The position numbers and the translations under genes were made by a program. Below are positions 33,446 to 37,059 of a DNA stretch of 37,059 nucleotides, piece after piece. Origin of the DNA: Cercozoa sp. M6MM (lineage: Eukaryota > Protista > Endomyxa: Ascetosporea); assembly GCA_040357565.1 (NCBI GenBank), contig JBDODJ010000113.1. One strand, written 5' to 3'. The notes beneath the pieces were generated by a model. The model worked only from the letters and a program-made list of their open reading frames with translations, searched no databases and was not told where the DNA came from. The stretch's first letter is position 1. Every line of letters starts with the position of its first letter.

Positions 33446-35070
33446 ATGAAGCTCCTTCTGTCGATGCTGGCCGGTGCTTTCAACATCACCATCACAGGCG
33501 AGGCGGGGGCGGGGGGGGGGGGGTCTCACTGTTCATCTTTGCTGTTGCATGCACAGCCACGGCCGCCGCTGCTGAGCTGGCGCCGGTGATTTCCTACATG
33601 TCGCCGAACCTGGTGCTTGAGGGCGAGTACATCGTCAAGCTGCGTTCGGGTAAAACCAACTGTATTAGCATGTGGCAGATGCCGAAGTGCGAAGTGCGAG
33701 GGGTATGCGAGATATGTGCTAAATTTATCTCTGCAGACGTCGAGCTTCCGCGCGTGCGCTCGGTGCTGGCCGAGAAGCAGATCCCGGTGGAGAAGCTTGT
33801 GTCGATCGGCAAGTCGTTCAAGGCCTTCCACGGTTCGCTGACGGACGCGCAGCTCGAGGTTGTGCAGCGCCTGCCCTTTGTCGAGTTCGTCGAGAAGGAC
33901 GCCATTGCGACGGCCCTTGGCGTGCAGCACTGCGGCTCCGACTGCTCGTGGGGCCTGGACCGGTACAGCAGCCAATGTTAAGACTACATGTGCATGTGCT
34001 TTCTCTGTGTGCAGCTCGGACCAGGAGCAGCTCCCGCTTGATGGCAAGTACTACTACTCCGACGCAGGCGGCAAGGACGTCGATGTCTACTTATGGTGCG
34101 TGTCTCTGGCCCTGAGAGACTTCATGCACATGAATTTAAAAATGAATTTTGGACAAACAATAGGACACGGGTATCAACACCAACCACGTCGATCTCGGCG
34201 GTCGTGCCGTGTACGGCGCCGCCTTTCCACCGTCGACAAGCTTCCCGGACACGGACTGCAACGGCCACGGCACGCACGTACCAGATATTTCCATGTCCTG
34301 GGTCCATGCAGTCACTCACTGTACTTCCAGGTCGCCGGTACTGTCGGTTCGGAGCACTACGGCATCGCCAAGAAGGCAAACCTGATCGGCATCAAGGTGC
34401 TGTCGTGCTTCGGCTCGGGCGCCTTCTCGGCCATCATCAACGGCGTCGAGTACGTCACGCAGCAGCACGAGAAGAGCGGCAAGGCCTTCTCGGTGTCCAA
34501 CATGTCACTCAGCGGCGGCCGTCATGCTGCGCTCAATGCCGCCGTCGACGCCTCCAGTGCCGCCGGCGTCGTGCACGTCGTGGCGGCCGGCAACTCGCGC
34601 GGCAACGCGTGCAACCTCTCGCCGGCCGGTGCCGACACGGCCTTCACGGTGGGTGCCTCGGACAGCAACGACCGTCTGGCCTCCTTCTCGGAGAAGGGCC
34701 CGTGCGTCGACATCCAGGCACCGGGCGTCAACATCCAGTCGCTCTCGCACATGCCGTACCGCAACCCGCACGACGTGCCGACCGACACCAAGGTCGCCTC
34801 GGGCACCTCGATGGCCTCGCCGCACGTTGCCGGTGCTGTTGCCGTCAAGCTCAGTGAGCAGTGCTCGCGCGGCATCAAGTCCTGTCCCTTCGCCTCGGTC
34901 GAGGAGGTCGTCCAGGCTGTCGTTGCCGACGGTATTGTGGACGCCGTGCCGACACCGTCGGTATTCTACCTTCCTACGGTCTACCTTTTCGTCTGGAGAC
35001 AATCTAACAGAAACCAATGTCTCTACTGTAGGACACCACGTCGACGCTTCTGTACATCCCACCGAACTGA
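33446..35070 (+). CDS. Secreted subtilisin-like serine protease (S8A, proteinase K-like) with I9 propeptide
   Basis: Signal peptide; propeptide GEYIVKL...VEFVEKD; SWGLDRSDQ; catalytic triad [27 protein letters not shown]; oxyanion motif VAAGN. The junction just before DTG is irregular (see findings). Confidence 0.93.
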
Positions 35071-35329
35071 ATTGCTCTGGTCGAGTCTGCACGTTCTGAA
35101 CTTTTCCCTGGAAGGACTGTAATAGTTGGTTTCTTTCTGTATTTGGTTCAGTCGACTCACAAAAAATAAAAAAACTATGGGTGGGACCATCCAACTCCCT
35201 TTCTTGAAGTTGCCCAGGACTGCAGACGACTCGTACATACTGGTCAGAGCCACCAGACGAGATACCCTCAGAAGGTGTCAAATGCAGCTACTGTATCCAC
35301 CGCACATTTAATCAATCACCCGTGCCCAC

Positions 35330-36430
35330 AGCCGATAATTAGTTAAATTGTCAGCATCATACGGTCTTGTGCACGTCCCCCACTGTTGTTGATCGTGCAC
35401 CTGGTGTGTAGAGCGTGTCTGTTTGAGGTTAAGCGCAGACCACTGTCGGTTTTCCGAAATTCCGAAACGACTGTCGGTGGTCAACAGACTGTTCTGCGCC
35501 TCTGCTTGTTTGATGTTTGTATGCTACTGCAGAAGCGTGTGAGGGATGCGAGCGCCGCTGCTTGCACTGGGTGCAGCAGCAGCGCTGACCTTGGTGTGCG
35601 CGAACCCAAAGAATCCGAATATCACATACGGGAGGAATCTTTCCATAGTAATTGAAGCCCGAACTGACACGCCGCCTCTGGTATGAGTGCTGTGTCATGA
35701 AGGCATGAGGGTCATCCTTGCCTGTGTGGGCGTAGTCCTGTGAGCCGCTACCTGCTGTTGCGCATGAGCTGTGCTCGCACTTGGGTCGTGGCACGTTCGC
35801 CACCTTCACCGCAGGCTCGTCGCTGGACACTCCAAACGTATGAAATCAATTTTGTATCTGGTTCAGGTTTTTCCATCTCTGTTCTGACAGGACGATTTTT
35901 CGTTTCGCACGGACAAGTTGTCGCTCTTTTCCTCTTTTGTGGGCAACCTCAAGTTCCAAAACAGTGAGTTTCTCTTTGTCGTTGTGTGTGCCCATTCCGT
36001 ACGGTCTATTTATCGTGTGCTGTTGTGCGCCAGGCGTGTGCTTCGATTATGCGTACCAAGTCTCAGATTTTGTGAATGTCCCGTTTGTCTGTTGTGCATG
36101 AGTGACCACATAATCGCAGTCGCGACTTTCTGTGCTGGTGGCTGTTCCCTCCGTGTGTTGAGGTGCCCCTTGATGACGCGTTTAGTTACACGTGGACGAA
36201 CGTCGCGAACATCAGTGAGGTGCGTTCGTCCGGGACCAGGACAGCGTTGGGTTCCGTGAGATGTGTGCTGTCCTTTGGTAGGTCCGCAACTACACAGTCG
36301 ATGGCGAAATCGTGCGGCAGCCTCTGTGCCGGTAGGGAGCAGTGTCACACCTGTGTCTTGTCGAATTGTGTGTGACCACTTTCTGGTGTGAAAATAGCGA
36401 CCGGGCCTCGAGTCGAATTGTGGGGTTGTG
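35330..36430 (-). mobile_element. Possible highly degenerate non-LTR retrotransposon relic
   Basis: No clear intron pattern and no long ORF; the minus strand is A/C-rich. Fragments IRILWVRAHQG (RNase H-like WVxxHxG) and IRLECPATSLR*RW (CCHC-tail-like) occur in different frames. Weak evidence. Confidence 0.25.
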
Positions 36431-36437
36431 TCCCGAG

Positions 36438-36989
36438 ATGCTTTTCATTGCCGAGCAGGTAATATACATAGTGCTTTCACAGGTTTGTTACAAGCCGCTC
36501 TAATGTCGTTACAGTTGGACTTTCCCGTTGAGCCGTCGTGGTACACGTTCGGCGATGATGTCTTGCAGTGAGTTCACTGTGCCCCCTTTGTACTTGTGAT
36601 AAAATGCATGTGGTGTATCAAAGGTACGGATTTGCGTCGGAGGAAATAAACCTACCATACTACTCCCTGCTGCACCGGTTTGCAGTGTCCTACTGGAACG
36701 AGACCAATGATGTAGGTTTCCTCACACTCTCTGGAATTAGTTGTTGTGTTGCATACTTCATTCGCGTAGGGCACATGGCAGTACCAATCCTTCGACAACA
36801 ACCGGCACAACGTGTCGTGCTACCTTCTCGGAGAGAGCACTGAGGCGGCTCTCGCAGCGTGTCCACTACCCCTGTAGGATCTCTGTATGCCAGTGCATAT
36901 ACTGCACGTATCTATTTTCCTTGCCTTTGCGCAGGACCCGAGGCATGGACCCGGAGCAACCCACTGAGGTGACCAGAACTTTTCATACC

Positions 36990-37059
<70 letters not shown>
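36438..37059 (+). CDS. Hypothetical multi-exon protein, runs off the window
   Basis: Five in-phase GT-AG exons: MLFIAEQ-LDFPVEPSWYTFGDDVLQ-YGFASEEINLPYYSLLHRFAVSYWNETND-GTWQYQSFDNNRHNVSCYLLGESTEAALAA-TRGMDPEQPTE. The true start may be further upstream. Confidence 0.6.
36992..37059. repeat. (GT)n microsatellite, intronic, at the window end
   Basis: Seen directly. Confidence 0.97.

Noticed and set aside
1-37059. Non-canonical introns or an alternative genetic code
   Set aside because: Every junction I reconstructed in the conserved genes could be solved with GT-AG, and TAA, TAG and TGA all terminate genes. I did not trace every junction in Fab1.

Overview
Gene-dense, intron-rich nuclear DNA from a microbial eukaryote. 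Introns are mostly short (about 40-100 nt) and GT-AG, and the standard genetic code fits, so the six-frame ORF track is largely spurious. Manual splicing gives, in order: the 3' end of a DnaJ gene (+), a four-finger C2H2 protein (-), an EGF + 7TM TMEM8/PGAP6-like protein (-), a head-to-head pair of small secreted Cys-rich paralogues that the ORF track does not recover as genes, a myosin with a PH-like tail (-), a stand-alone BioD/AAA_26-like ATPase (+), Fab1/PIKfyve (-), Clp1 (+), a zf-4CXXC_R1 (CDCA7-type) protein (+), a hypothetical gene (+), a 1.7 kb TIR-bounded element carrying a spliced, stop-interrupted gene, a proteinase K-like subtilase (+), a possible retroelement relic and the start of another spliced gene. 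The best candidates for something undescribed are the divergent Cys-rich pair, the blocks of TTTACCCC/GGGGTAAA introns that switch on and off within one gene, and the TIR element.
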